Assembly (NCBI GenBank): GCA_012517375.1
Contig: JAAYVC010000037.1
Coordinates: 3,485 to 67,484 of the forward strand
Length of the DNA: 64,000 nucleotides
Direction: 5' to 3'
Source: a bacterium
GTDB lineage: Bacteria; Hydrothermota; Tepidihabitantia; B3-TA06
This document shows positions 37,700-47,389 of the stretch, piece by piece. The translations under genes and the position numbers were made by a program. How positions within the stretch are numbered: the first letter of the stretch is position 1; every line of letters begins with the position of its first letter. The notes beneath the pieces were generated by a model. That model saw only the letters and a list, made by a program, of their open reading frames with translations. It was not told the DNA's origin and ran no database searches.

Positions 37700-38082
37700 T
37701 TTCCCTGCTCCTTCAGGTGGCGCTCGAGCACTGCTGCTATGTCCTGGGCCACCTGGCGCGTATCAATAGGTTTTGAGATATAGCCGTCGCAGCCGCATGC
37801 CCTAAGAACCTCCTCGTCGTGCCTGTCCGAGATTGCGGTAACGGCAATGACCGGCACCATCTTCAGCTCTTTATCCTGCTTTAATAACCTCGTCGCTTCG
37901 TATCCGTCCATGCCGGGAAGGTGCATATCCATCAATATAAGGTCAGGATGCATCAAGCGGGCGAGCCTTAGCCCCTCGTCCGCGCTCGAAGCGCACGTTA
38001 CCTTGTGCCCCGCCATCTCCAGAAGCACCCGCAGGAGCTCCTGGTTGCCCTCGTTGTCTTCAACCACGAGAATGGAGCTCAC
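37696..38082 (-). CDS. Single-domain CheY-like response regulator
   Basis: 128 aa. VEDNEGN..DLILMDMHLPGMDGY..ISKP. 4-bp overlaps with both neighbours. Confidence 0.8.
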   Translation of the reverse strand: MSSILVVEDNEGNQELLRVLLEMAGHKVTCASSADEGLRLARLMHPDLILMDMHLPGMDGYEATRLLKQDKELKMVPVIAVTAISDRHDEEVLRACGCDGYISKPIDTRQVAQDIAAVLERHLKEQGK

Positions 38083-39617
38083 GTTTCTTCCTCCGCCTTA
38101 TGACCGAGAAGGTCTCCAATCTTCTTGCGCAGCGAGGTGCGGTCGAGCTGGGCCTTTGTGAATATATCGCGGATGTTGTGGCTAAGGTTCGCCCTGTCTA
38201 TCTCGGTCAGGTCTTTTGCGGTAAAAAGGATGACGGGCAGGCCTTTCGTTACCTCATCCGACTCCATGAGCCTCATTACGTCGAACCCGTCCAGATCGGG
38301 CATCATCAAATCAAGAACAACCAGATCGGGCTTGTCTGCGCGAGCCTTTTTAAGTCCCTCAACCCCGCTTGCCGCTTTGAGGACCTCGTAGCCGTCCAGC
38401 TTCAGCATCTCCTCTATAAGGCTTATATCGGCAGGGTTATCGTCAATAACAAGCACCCGCTTTGTCCGCCGGCCCGATCTGGCTAGCTTTTCAATCTTTG
38501 AAAGAAGCTCTACCCTGGCAACAGGTTTGACCATGTAGTCGACGGCGCCCAGAGAAAGTCCGAAGCTCTTGTCCTCCACGATTGAAACGACGATAATCGG
38601 AATGTCCTTTGTCTCGGGAATCTCCTTCAGCCTGTGCAGAACCCTCCAGCCATCCATCTCCGGAAGCAGAATATCCAGTGTAATGGCCGCTGGTATAAGG
38701 GTCAAAGCCTTGCTCAAGGCCTCCTCTCCTGTTGTTGCGACCTCCACCTTGTAGCCAGCTTCGCCCAGCCACACGGACATTAGGTTGGCTGCGAGGGGAT
38801 TATCCTCAACGACTAGAATAGGTTTATCCGTGACAGGCGGAAGCTTTCCTTTAAGCTCCTCCTTATCCTTTGGATGCGCGGGCTGCTCGAAGCGTACGTA
38901 CGGAAGCTTTACGGTGAATGTAGAACCGGCTCCTGGAGCGCTCTTGACGTCAATGGAGCCTCCCTGTATCTCAAGAAGCTTCTTCACGAGCGCCAGACCG
39001 AGCCCGGTTCCCTCATACCTCCTGGTAGTAGTGCCGTCCACCTGGTGGAAAGCCTCGAAAACCTTCTTTACCTCCTCCTCCTCTATCCCTATCCCGGTAT
39101 CAGATACCGAAACAAGCAATTTATCGCCCACCTTACCTGCCTTAATCACTATGGTTCCCTTTTCAGTGAACTTAACGGCGTTGGAGAGGAGATTATCCAC
39201 TATCTGCGCAAGCTTGCGGCGGTCGGTAAGAATCGTTTCGAGAGGCTCAACCTCGACCTTGAGCTCTATTCCCTTTCGTTCGGAGATAACGTTGTATGCC
39301 TTAAGCACTTCCCAGATGACGGTCGAGATCTCAGTAGGCTCGTTGAATATCTCAAGCATGCCCGCCTCGAGACGGGAGTAGTCAAGGATGTCGTTTACCA
39401 GCCTCAGCAGGTGAGAGCCCGAGGAATGGATTATACTTATGTAGTGGCGCTGCTTTTCATTAAGGTCGCCCACAAGACCGTCCATCAACAGTTCGCTGAA
39501 CCCGATTACGGAGTTCAGGGGCGTGCGCAGCTCGTGACTCATGCTCGCAAGAAACTGCGACTTAAGCCTTGCGGCTTCTATTATTTCCTGCGCCTTCTTG
39601 TTTTCGTCCTGTTTCAA
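38079..39617 (-). CDS. Cytoplasmic hybrid sensor histidine kinase (HisKA-HATPase-REC-REC)
   Basis: 512 aa. H-box SHELRTPLNSV. G-boxes DTGIGI and GTGLGLALV. Two C-terminal receiver domains. No TM segments. Confidence 0.85.
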   Translation of the reverse strand: MKQDENKKAQEIIEAARLKSQFLASMSHELRTPLNSVIGFSELLMDGLVGDLNEKQRHYISIIHSSGSHLLRLVNDILDYSRLEAGMLEIFNEPTEISTVIWEVLKAYNVISERKGIELKVEVEPLETILTDRRKLAQIVDNLLSNAVKFTEKGTIVIKAGKVGDKLLVSVSDTGIGIEEEEVKKVFEAFHQVDGTTTRRYEGTGLGLALVKKLLEIQGGSIDVKSAPGAGSTFTVKLPYVRFEQPAHPKDKEELKGKLPPVTDKPILVVEDNPLAANLMSVWLGEAGYKVEVATTGEEALSKALTLIPAAITLDILLPEMDGWRVLHRLKEIPETKDIPIIVVSIVEDKSFGLSLGAVDYMVKPVARVELLSKIEKLARSGRRTKRVLVIDDNPADISLIEEMLKLDGYEVLKAASGVEGLKKARADKPDLVVLDLMMPDLDGFDVMRLMESDEVTKGLPVILFTAKDLTEIDRANLSHNIRDIFTKAQLDRTSLRKKIGDLLGHKAEEET

Positions 39618-40093
39618 CTGGCCTCCTTGCCGAATGCATACAGCCTGCGTGAAATTAAAGTTTAAGCCGTCTTTTCAAAAAGTCAAGCAGGATTTGCGCT
39701 GTAAGATCAGCAAAAAACGCGGATACGCGAACATCTGCATCCGCACCTTCTGCAGAAATCAAAGGATTTTCTATCGCCTTACGCTGGCCTCCAGATGTCG
39801 CCGCTATCTCATAAACGTGTAGGCATCGCGATAAAATGCGTTTGTCAGCGCGCCATCGCCCGGAACCCTGAAACCGTTGCATGATGATCTAAGGACTTGA
39901 ATATAAGGCCTTAGACTCATTAGTCGTTTATAAAAAGCGAGATTGACCTCCGGGGTCTTGACATACCCTAGTATTTTTCTATAATTAGCTTGATGATTTC
40001 AAAGAGAAGCGCAAGTCCCTTTAAAAGGTTTCAAAATCCATCGATATATGATGACGAGATTAATGGACTTAGCGATAAGCGCATATTAAAGCT

Positions 40094-40132
40094 TGACATG
40101 CGCCTTGACATGCCGTATATCCATCCTATACT
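40094..40132 (+). promoter_or_regulatory. dfx promoter region with tandem CTTGACATGC direct repeat; second TTGACA-16-TATACT
   Basis: CTTGACATGC at 40093-40102 and 40104-40113. TTGACA 40105-40110, 16-bp spacer, TATACT 40127-40132. SD AAAGGAGG before the ATG at 40203. Confidence 0.4.
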
Positions 40133-40202
40133 AGGATTGAAGGAGCGGCGTGTTCAGGTAAAAATTTGTCAAAAAATCCCTTTTTAGGCCAAAGGAGGAA
40201 TA

Positions 40203-40586
40203 ATGGCTCAACACTCAAAGATATACAAGTGCGAGGAATGCGGAGACATGATCGAGGTCATAAAGGAAGGTTGCGGCAACTACACCTGCCACGGGCAACC
40301 CATGATGCTTCTGGTGGAGAACACCACCGACGCGGCAAAGGAGAAACACGTACCCGTCATCGAGAAGATCGCGTCGGGATACAAGGTCAAGATAGGCAGC
40401 GTGGCACATCCTATGGAAGAAAAACACTTTATAGAATGGGTTGAACTCTCCGACTCCGAGGGCCGTGTTTACCGCAAACAGCTCAGGCCGGGCGATGCGC
40501 CCGAGGCCGAGTTCCTGATGCCTGCCTCGTCCTCCGTCACCGCACGCGAACACTGCAACATTCACGGTCTCTGGAAAGGGGAATAA
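40203..40586 (+). CDS. dfx: Desulfoferrodoxin (2Fe superoxide reductase)
   Basis: 127 aa. N-terminal desulforedoxin-like Cys motif ([19 protein letters not shown]). C-terminal SOR centre residues ([25 protein letters not shown]). Confidence 0.85.
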   Translation: MAQHSKIYKCEECGDMIEVIKEGCGNYTCHGQPMMLLVENTTDAAKEKHVPVIEKIASGYKVKIGSVAHPMEEKHFIEWVELSDSEGRVYRKQLRPGDAPEAEFLMPASSSVTAREHCNIHGLWKGE

Positions 40587-40587
40587 G

Positions 40588-41142
40588 ATGATCTCGAAGA
40601 AGATAGAAGAAGGCTTCAACAAGCAGCTTAACGCCGAGCTTTACGCGGCGTACCTCTATTTCGCCATAGGAGCGTGGTTCGAGGAGCGCAACCTCGACGG
40701 TTTTGCACATTGGATGAAGGCTCAGGCGTTCGAGGAGACGAGCCATGCCATGCGCTTCTACAAGCATGTTCTGAACCGCGGCGGGCATCCCACGTTCTCG
40801 GCTATAGCAAAGCCCGAGGGCGCCTGGAACACGCCTCAAGAGGCGTTTGCTGCAGCATACGAGCACGAAGTAAAGGTCACGAAGATGATAAACGACCTCG
40901 TTGACCTTGCTCAGGCTGAAAAAGACAACGCCGCGCTGCGGGGAATCCTCGACTGGTTCGTAAACGAGCAAATCGAAGAAGAGGAGCAGACCATGGTCGC
41001 CGTGGACCGGCTCAAGATGCTCGGAGACGACAAGCAGGCGCTCTACCTCCTAGACAAGGAGTACGGTGCCCGGCCTCTTGTCACGACCGCTTTCATTATA
41101 AACCCCAACGCTGCCGGCGCTGCAGCCGACGCAGGAGCGTAA
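40588..41142 (+). CDS. ftn: Ferritin (non-haem bacterial ferritin)
   Basis: 184 aa. Ferritin diiron ligands (ELYAAYLY..EETSHAMRFYKHV..EHEVKVT..). Confidence 0.85.
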   Translation: MISKKIEEGFNKQLNAELYAAYLYFAIGAWFEERNLDGFAHWMKAQAFEETSHAMRFYKHVLNRGGHPTFSAIAKPEGAWNTPQEAFAAAYEHEVKVTKMINDLVDLAQAEKDNAALRGILDWFVNEQIEEEEQTMVAVDRLKMLGDDKQALYLLDKEYGARPLVTTAFIINPNAAGAAADAGA

Positions 41143-41143
41143 G

Positions 41144-41638
41144 ATGGGTATCAGCTTCAATGCGGAAGAGATACTCGGAATAGCGGTGCAGATAGAGCGC
41201 AACGGCCAGAAGTTCTACAAACAGGCGGCGTCCAACATCGCTAACGAAGAACACAAAAAGCTTCTTGAGGAGCTTGCCGCGATGGAAGTCGCGCACGAGA
41301 AATATTTTTCAGGGATGCTCAACTCTCTCTCCCCTGACGAGCGCGGCACCAAGGACTACGACCTCGATAACGAAGCCGCAGGATACCTCAAGAACGTGGC
41401 CGACGGCAACGTATTCGACTACCGCAAGGACCCAACAGAACTCCTCAAGGGTATCGAATCCATAGACGATATTCTCAGAACGGCAATCGGCATGGAGAAG
41501 GAATCGGTGGTCTTCTACTCAGGAATCAGGCAGATGGTCCCCGAGCATATGGGCTCGGAGCGCATCGACGAGATAATAAAAGAAGAGCTCTCGCACATCA
41601 GCCTCCTGTCCCGAGAGCTCATAGCCGTAGGGAAGTAA
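41144..41638 (+). CDS. Rubrerythrin-family ferritin-like diiron protein (no rubredoxin domain)
   Basis: 164 aa. Two ExxH motifs (EVAHE, EELSH) in a four-helix ferritin-like pattern. Confidence 0.65.
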   Translation: MGISFNAEEILGIAVQIERNGQKFYKQAASNIANEEHKKLLEELAAMEVAHEKYFSGMLNSLSPDERGTKDYDLDNEAAGYLKNVADGNVFDYRKDPTELLKGIESIDDILRTAIGMEKESVVFYSGIRQMVPEHMGSERIDEIIKEELSHISLLSRELIAVGK

Positions 41639-41725
41639 CGAGGCCAGAATGAAGCCTCGCTACGACCTGCATGAAAGAGAAAGGGAGGAGCACCCAGGCT
41701 CCTCCCCCTCATCCGGGGGCAACGA

Positions 41726-43228
41726 GTGAAACTAAGTCCCAAGACGAGAGTGGGCGAACTTCTTGACGCCTACCCGTTTCTCCTCGACTTCCTGCCTGAC
41801 TATAATAAACATTTTGAGAAGCTCCTTAACCCGGTGGCGCGCGCGACCATTGCGAAGGTCGCCACTCTGGAGATGGCCGCCCAGAACAACAATCTCGATT
41901 TGAAAAGGTTTCTTGAGGATTTAAGAACAGCGATACTCGAAAACACGGGCGAAGAGCTTGTAATCATGTCCGACGAAGAGCTGAGAGCGAGAGCAAAAAA
42001 GATAAAGTCCATTCTTGCCGAACTGCACGAGAAGGGCCCATCCTCACGAGAGTCGCTTGAGCGCCGTTTCGCGGAAGAGATAAAGGACATAACCCCGGGC
42101 GAGATTGGCGAGATAGAGCAGGAGCTCGTACGGGAAGGAATGACGCCCGAAGATATAACCTCCATGTGCGACCTTCACGTTGCCGTGATGCGCTCCGGTC
42201 TTGAATCGTCACCCGACATGCCTGCCGGACACCCCGTGCATACGGCAAGGCTTGAAAACCGCGAGTTCGAAAAGCTTGCAAGGACGCTCTCCGGGCTTGC
42301 AAGGGAACTGGGCAAGGCATCGCTTAAAGAAAAAGCGCCCGCGCTCGAAAAGACGCTTTCTTCGCTCAGCCTTGTTGAAAAGCACTACCTGAGGAAGGAG
42401 CACGAGCTGTTCCCGCGCCTTGAGAAACACGGCGTGACAGCTCCTCCTCAAGTGATGTGGGCCGTTCACGACCAGGTGCGCGCGCTATTAAAAGAAACGA
42501 AGGGATTGCTCGAAAAAACCAGTGTCAAAGAGTTTTCCGAGAAAGCGAGAAAACTTTCCGCAACAGTGCTCGATATGATATATAAAGAGGAGCAGATTCT
42601 TTTCCCTATGGCGCTTGAGCACCTGTCGTCCCAGGAGTGGCTCGAGATAAAGAGGGGGGAGGATGAGATCGGCTACAGCCTTGTAACCCCGGGCGCGGAT
42701 TGGAATCCTCAAACTTCCCCTGAGCCCGGCGCTCAAGACGGCTCAATAAAAAAAGATCTGGGAGAACAAGGAGAAACAATGGAGCTTAACGAGTTTGCAG
42801 AAAATCTCAAGAAAAATGCGAGACTGCCGCTCAGCGTCGGCGGTCTTACGCTTGAACAGATAGACCTCATGCTCAAAAATCTTCCCGTTGACATATCGTT
42901 CGTCGATGAGCACGACGAGCTTCGCTACTACTCCGACACGCCCGAACGCATCTTCACGCGCACGCCCGGAGTCATAGGCCGCAAGGTGCAAAACTGCCAT
43001 CCGCCCAAGAGCGTGCACGTGGTTCAAAAGATTATAGACGAATTCCGCAAGGGGACAAAAGATGTCGCCGAGTTCTGGATTGAGCTTTCAGGCAAGTTCA
43101 TCCATATACGCTACTTCGCAATGAGGGACAGTAATGGTCGCTACCGCGGCACCCTGGAGGTGTCGCAGGACGTGACAGGAATCCGCAAACTCGAGGGACA
43201 GAAAAGGCTTCTGGATTGGAAGGAATAG
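41726..43228 (+). CDS. DUF1858 / hemerythrin-like (HHE cation-binding) / PAS-like domain protein (DUF438 family)
   Basis: 500 aa. N-terminal DUF1858-like (MKLSPKTRVGELLDAYPFLLDFLPDYN). Central hemerythrin-like HxxxE/HxxxH-rich helices. C-terminal PAS-like region repeated in the next ORF. Confidence 0.6.
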   Translation: MKLSPKTRVGELLDAYPFLLDFLPDYNKHFEKLLNPVARATIAKVATLEMAAQNNNLDLKRFLEDLRTAILENTGEELVIMSDEELRARAKKIKSILAELHEKGPSSRESLERRFAEEIKDITPGEIGEIEQELVREGMTPEDITSMCDLHVAVMRSGLESSPDMPAGHPVHTARLENREFEKLARTLSGLARELGKASLKEKAPALEKTLSSLSLVEKHYLRKEHELFPRLEKHGVTAPPQVMWAVHDQVRALLKETKGLLEKTSVKEFSEKARKLSATVLDMIYKEEQILFPMALEHLSSQEWLEIKRGEDEIGYSLVTPGADWNPQTSPEPGAQDGSIKKDLGEQGETMELNEFAENLKKNARLPLSVGGLTLEQIDLMLKNLPVDISFVDEHDELRYYSDTPERIFTRTPGVIGRKVQNCHPPKSVHVVQKIIDEFRKGTKDVAEFWIELSGKFIHIRYFAMRDSNGRYRGTLEVSQDVTGIRKLEGQKRLLDWKE

Positions 43229-43680
43229 TGGACAAAGCCGCCTTAGACCTTGGTTCGGGAACGCTCACTCTCGAAGAGCTGAGAATGATGCTTCGCTCCC
43301 TGCCCCTCAATATCGACTACGTCGATGAGAATGACGCCTTTCGCTACTATTCCAACGGCGACAGGCTATTCAAGCTATCGACAGACGAGCTCGGCAAGAA
43401 CCTTGAGGAGTGTCATTCAGAAAAATCAATGCCAATGGTCAAGGAGATTACAGGCGCGTTCAGGAAAGGAAGAAACGAACCCTACAGGTTCGTTAACTTA
43501 AAAGAAGGCCGCTGGCTGGAAGTGCGGTATATCCCTTTACGTGATGAAAAGGGAGACTATAAAGGAATCCTTGAACTCTCTCAGGATATCACCGAGGCCT
43601 GCAACATCAAGACCCCGTATGTCCCGCCGGAGTTCGGGGAGCTCCTTGAGCAGTCAAGGAGGAACAATGAACACCCGTAA
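43216..43680 (+). CDS. PAS-like domain protein (paralog of the C-terminus of the upstream DUF438 protein)
   Basis: 154 aa. LTLEELRMMLRSLPLNIDYVDENDAFRYYS.. parallels LTLEQIDLMLKNLPVDISFVDEHDELRYYS.. of the preceding gene. 13-bp overlap. Confidence 0.5.
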   Translation: MEGIVDKAALDLGSGTLTLEELRMMLRSLPLNIDYVDENDAFRYYSNGDRLFKLSTDELGKNLEECHSEKSMPMVKEITGAFRKGRNEPYRFVNLKEGRWLEVRYIPLRDEKGDYKGILELSQDITEACNIKTPYVPPEFGELLEQSRRNNEHP

Positions 43681-43975
43681 CACCCGTAACACCCGTAACA
43701 CCCGTAACACCCGCAGCGCCAGCAGCGCCAGCAGCCCCAGCAGCCCCAGCAGCGCCGGTAGCGCCCGTAGCGCCCGCAGGGTTACCATTCCAGCTATAAG
43801 CTGCACCTACTGTTCCAGGCTCATCAAAAGAGAGCTTGAAACCATAGAGGGGGTCAAGGTAGTTGTCGTTAACCTGCCTTTGAGAGAGGTCGTTGTTGAA
43901 TGGCAGCCTCCCGCTACGTGGGAGGCAATTGTGCGAATGCTCAAGGAAATAGAGTATCCGCCGAAGGAGAACTGA
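43667..43975 (+). CDS. HMA-domain (CopZ-like) metallochaperone with N-terminal (NTR)5-(SAS/SPS/SAR)n low-complexity extension; CTYC metal motif
   Basis: Start at the ATG at 43667 (AAGGAGG upstream). The track ORF 43541-43975 extends 5' into the previous gene. HMA fold pattern IPAISCTYCSRLIKRELETIEGVKVVVVNL..VVEWQPPATWEAIVRMLKEIEYPP. Confidence 0.7.
   Translation: MNTRNTRNTRNTRNTRSASSASSPSSPSSAGSARSARRVTIPAISCTYCSRLIKRELETIEGVKVVVVNLPLREVVVEWQPPATWEAIVRMLKEIEYPPKEN
43670..43786 (+). repeat. In-frame 9-bp tandem repeats: (AACACCCGT)4-AACACCCGC followed by AGCGCCAGC/AGCCCCAGC/AGCGCCCGT variants (13 units)
   Basis: Read directly from the sequence. Encodes (NTR)5 SASSAS SPSSPS SAG SARSAR. The first unit overlaps the stop codon of the upstream gene. 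Confidence 0.85.
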
Positions 43976-43978
43976 TTT

Positions 43979-44185
43979 ATGGAAGAAAGAAAAATAAAGA
44001 TACCTGCAATCAGCTGTCATCACTGCAAGATGACCATAGAGCGCGCGCTTTCGGAGCTTGCGGGCATTCGCTCCGTCGAAGTCGATGAACAGGCAAAGAC
44101 CGCACTCATCGTCTGGGATGCCCCACTTACGTGGGAGCTGATAGCCCAGACACTTGCGGAGATTGGATATCCGCCCGAAGCATAG
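43979..44185 (+). CDS. copZ: HMA-domain copper chaperone (CopZ-like), CHHC motif
   Basis: 68 aa. IKIPAISCHHCKMTIERALSELAGIRSVEVDEQAKTALIVWDAPLTWELIAQTLAEIGYPP. Paralog of neighbours. Confidence 0.7.
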   Translation: MEERKIKIPAISCHHCKMTIERALSELAGIRSVEVDEQAKTALIVWDAPLTWELIAQTLAEIGYPPEA

Positions 44186-44206
44186 AAGATTACCGAGGAG
44201 GTAATT

Positions 44207-44419
44207 ATGGAAAAGAAGATATTCAAGGTGAAAAAAGTTGAAGGCTTCTCCACGTACCTTGAACTCAAGAACGAATTCTCTAAGATAGAAGGATTCAAGG
44301 ACGTAAAGGTCGATATCACGACAAAACAGATAAGGGTTTTATGGGACGCTCCGGCGACATGGAACGATTTCGAGCTTGAGCTGACACGGATGGGTTACCA
44401 GCCTGTCTTTTTAGATTGA
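44207..44419 (+). CDS. HMA-like domain protein lacking metal-binding cysteines (degenerate CopZ paralog)
   Basis: 70 aa. Same fold pattern (..VDITTKQIRVLWDAPATWNDFELELTRMGYQP) but the CxxC position reads EGFSTYLE. SD GAGGAGG. Confidence 0.55.
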   Translation: MEKKIFKVKKVEGFSTYLELKNEFSKIEGFKDVKVDITTKQIRVLWDAPATWNDFELELTRMGYQPVFLD

Positions 44420-44487
44420 AGGACTTCGTAAGAAGAGGAGCCTTGAACCGAAGGAAGAGTGGAAGGACAGGGAATGAATAGTAAAAT

Positions 44488-46791
44488 GTGAAAGAAATGA
44501 AGTTGGATAAAAAGAATCCGGATAATCGGGCAATGGGAGAGAAAGTTCCAGGCAAAACAGAAACCGTGAAGGAGCGCATTGAACTACCCATTATAGGTAT
44601 GACGTGCGCCAACTGTGTGCTTACAATCGAGCGTAATCTTCGAAAAAAAGTTCCCGGCTTAATATCCGCCACAGTCAACCTTGCCACCCAACGAGCATCG
44701 GTCGAGTTCGATCCCCGACTCGCGAGCCCGAAACTCATTGCAGAAGTCATAGATAGTGCGGGTTACAAGGCGATACTTCCGACCGAGAAATCCAGGGACG
44801 AGGAAGAGCGCGCCCGCGACAGGGAAGAAAGAAAGGAGAGGCAGGCTTTCTGGACAGGCGTTGCCTTTGCCGCTCCGCTCTTCGTCCTGAGCATGCTTCG
44901 CGATTTCGGGGCGCTGGGGCACTGGTCGCACGCATTATGGTTTAACTGGGTTTTCCTCGGCCTTGCTTTGCCTGTTCAGTTCTATACGGGTTTTGGTTTC
45001 TACAAAGGAGGGTTTAAGTCGCTGCGTTCGGGTTCTGCGAATATGGACGTCCTCGTGGCCATGGGTTCCTCGGTCGCGTTCATCTACTCCGCCGCCGTCA
45101 CCATCTTTCCCCAGGCAGGTAATCACGTTTACTTCGAGACCTCGGCTTTAATAATCACTCTCATCAAGCTCGGCAAGATGCTCGAGGCACGAGCTAAGGG
45201 TCGCGCTTCAGGGGCTATCCGCAAGCTCATGGATCTGGCTCCGAAGGTTGCGCACATTGTGATGTCCGACGGACTCGAACGCGAGGTGCCGGCAGAGCAG
45301 GTCAGGCCAGGAGATATAGTTGTTGTCAGACCTGGAGAGCGCATACCGGTGGACGGCGAGGTGGTATCGGGTTCATCCTCGGTCGATGAAAGCATGCTTA
45401 CCGGCGAGTCAATGCCCCAGGACAAGAACGTTGGAGCAAAGGTGTTCGGAGCGACTATCAATCTGGAGGGCCTCGTAAAAATCAAAGCCGAAAGCATCGG
45501 CTCCGATACGGCTCTTGCGCAAATCGTCAGGCTTGTTCTGGCCGCTCAGGCTTCAAGGGCGCCAATCCAGAGGCTGGCGGACAGGGTTTCAGCCGTATTC
45601 GTCCCGGTCATAATCGCAACGGCCTTCGTTACCTTTATCCTGTGGTGGCTCGCAGGAGGCCAGTTCGCGCCTGCCATGCTGCGCCTTGTTGCCGTTCTCG
45701 TTATAGCGTGCCCCTGCGCCCTCGGCCTCGCCACGCCAACGGCCATAATGGTCGGAACCGGCCGAGGAGCCGGAATGGGCATACTCTTCAAGTCGAGTGA
45801 GGTGCTGGAGACCGTTCACAAACTCGATATCGTCATGTTCGATAAGACGGGCACAATCACAGAGGGCAAGCCAGTTCTTACGGACTGGATTCCGCTTGAC
45901 TCCGGCGATGAAGGTCTTGTTTTAGCCGCATCCGCCGAGCAGGGCTCCGAGCACCCGATTGCAAAAGCGGTTGTCGAGGGAGCCCGTGCAAGAGGCTTGC
46001 ATCTCAAGGAGCCTCAGGATTTCAAGGCGGAACCAGGATTCGGGATAAAGGCTCTAATCGCGGACAGGAAGGTGCGCGTGGGCAAGCGCGCCTGGTTCGA
46101 GCTGAGTGAGGATGCAAAGGAAATGTCGGACGAACTTGCCTCTCTGGGCAAGACGGTCATGATCGCCGAGATAGACGGTCGAATCGCCGGGCTTCTTGCC
46201 GTAGCAGACTCGGAGAAGAAAACCTCAAGGCAGGCTATTTCGGCCCTGCACGCCCTCGGTCTCAAGACCGTTATGCTCACAGGCGACAGCCGCGAGGCTG
46301 CCCATGCAATAGCCTCAAAGGTAGGGATAGACGAAGTGAGGGCCGGCGTTCTGCCCGGTGACAAGGAAAGACTCGTGCACGAAGAACTGGATAAGGGAAG
46401 GAAGGTTGCCATGGTCGGAGACGGGATTAACGACGCGCCTGCGCTAACTCGAGCCGACGTAGGCATAGCGATAGGCACAGGGTCGGATATCGCCTTGGAG
46501 GCATCTGATGTTACGCTTGTGAAGGGCGACCTCCGGGATGTCGTGCGGGCGATAGCACTTTCCAAAGCCACCATGAGCGCCATAAGGCAGAACCTTTTCT
46601 GGGCCTTCTTTTACAACATCCTCCTCGTTCCCGTTGCTGCGGGCGCGCTGCACTGGTTCGCGTGGCTGCCATCCCTAATACGCGACCTGCATCCCGTGCT
46701 TGCTGCCGCGGCAATGGCATTCTCCTCCGTCACGGTAGTACTGAACAGCCTCAGACTCTCAAGAAAGAAGGTAGAGTATGAACCACAATGA
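44488..46791 (+). CDS. copA: Copper-translocating P1B-type ATPase
   Basis: 767 aa. N-terminal [14 protein letters not shown] (ACPCALG). [13 protein letters not shown]. Eight TM pattern. Confidence 0.9.
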   Translation: MKEMKLDKKNPDNRAMGEKVPGKTETVKERIELPIIGMTCANCVLTIERNLRKKVPGLISATVNLATQRASVEFDPRLASPKLIAEVIDSAGYKAILPTEKSRDEEERARDREERKERQAFWTGVAFAAPLFVLSMLRDFGALGHWSHALWFNWVFLGLALPVQFYTGFGFYKGGFKSLRSGSANMDVLVAMGSSVAFIYSAAVTIFPQAGNHVYFETSALIITLIKLGKMLEARAKGRASGAIRKLMDLAPKVAHIVMSDGLEREVPAEQVRPGDIVVVRPGERIPVDGEVVSGSSSVDESMLTGESMPQDKNVGAKVFGATINLEGLVKIKAESIGSDTALAQIVRLVLAAQASRAPIQRLADRVSAVFVPVIIATAFVTFILWWLAGGQFAPAMLRLVAVLVIACPCALGLATPTAIMVGTGRGAGMGILFKSSEVLETVHKLDIVMFDKTGTITEGKPVLTDWIPLDSGDEGLVLAASAEQGSEHPIAKAVVEGARARGLHLKEPQDFKAEPGFGIKALIADRKVRVGKRAWFELSEDAKEMSDELASLGKTVMIAEIDGRIAGLLAVADSEKKTSRQAISALHALGLKTVMLTGDSREAAHAIASKVGIDEVRAGVLPGDKERLVHEELDKGRKVAMVGDGINDAPALTRADVGIAIGTGSDIALEASDVTLVKGDLRDVVRAIALSKATMSAIRQNLFWAFFYNILLVPVAAGALHWFAWLPSLIRDLHPVLAAAAMAFSSVTVVLNSLRLSRKKVEYEPQ

Positions 46792-46889
46792 GCGTCTCGC
46801 TGCCAAAAAACATAGCAAAGCAACAACGCGGTTGTTGCGCTCCAAAAAGGGAGCAAATCGTCTTAAGGCTTTCTAAAAAGGAGAATCTG

Positions 46890-47354
46890 ATGCCTGAAAA
46901 AATGCGCGTTCTATTTCTCTGCACGGGCAACTCCTGCCGCTCGCAGATGGCCGAGGGACTGCTGCGCCGTCTCGGCGGAGAAAAGTTCGAAGCCCGCTCG
47001 GCGGGAACAATTCCATCCTTCGTCCACCCGAGAGCGGTAGAGGTCATGGCTGAACTCGGGATTGACATCTCCCAGCATCGCTCAAAGCACGTTTCGGAGT
47101 TCGCGGGCGAGACTTTCGATTTCGTAATATCCTTATGCGGCGAGTCGAACTGCCCATCCTTTATCGGCAAGACAGGTACAAGCCTTCACTGGCCCTTTCC
47201 TGACCCGGTTGGTGCCGCAGGAAGCGATTACGACGTGCTCAAAGGGTTCCGCAGAGTCAGGGATGCTATTAAAGCGAAGATCGAGGAGTTCGTCGGAAAC
47301 CCCGAATCTTTTGTATCACGCAGCCCCGATTTCTTTGTTAAACGTCCGGATTAG
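46890..47354 (+). CDS. arsC: Arsenate reductase / low-molecular-weight protein-tyrosine phosphatase family (thioredoxin-coupled ArsC)
   Basis: Start at the ATG at 46890 (SD AAAAAGGAG). The track ORF starts earlier at 46788. P-loop LCTGNSCRSQMAEG. Downstream Cys residues (CGESNC). Confidence 0.75.
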   Translation: MPEKMRVLFLCTGNSCRSQMAEGLLRRLGGEKFEARSAGTIPSFVHPRAVEVMAELGIDISQHRSKHVSEFAGETFDFVISLCGESNCPSFIGKTGTSLHWPFPDPVGAAGSDYDVLKGFRRVRDAIKAKIEEFVGNPESFVSRSPDFFVKRPD

Positions 47355-47389
47355 TCGGGAATTCCTCGAATAATTGATCTCGGTAAGGC

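Noticed and set aside
43541-43666. 5' extension of the first HMA ORF in the track (MMKRETIKESLNSL..)
   Set aside because: It overlaps the upstream PAS gene in another frame for 140 bp. A clean AAGGAGG precedes the internal ATG at 43667, exactly where the HMA-like sequence and repeat tract begin.
43670-43786. Possible CRISPR array (short tandem repeats)
   Set aside because: The units are 9 bp, contiguous with no spacers, in-frame inside a CDS, and no cas genes are present. The same logic applies to the 11-bp array at 30130-30203.
43607-44023. Antisense 138-aa ORF across the 9-bp repeat tract (..GATGATGAAGAAGAAG..)
   Set aside because: It is a translation of the complement of the in-frame repeats. 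It has no start context and overlaps two well-supported sense genes.
46788-46889. Upstream extension of the arsC ORF overlapping the copA stop
   Set aside because: A clean SD plus ATG sits at 46890 and the family N-terminus begins MPEKMRVLFLCTGNSCRS. The extension would overlap copA.
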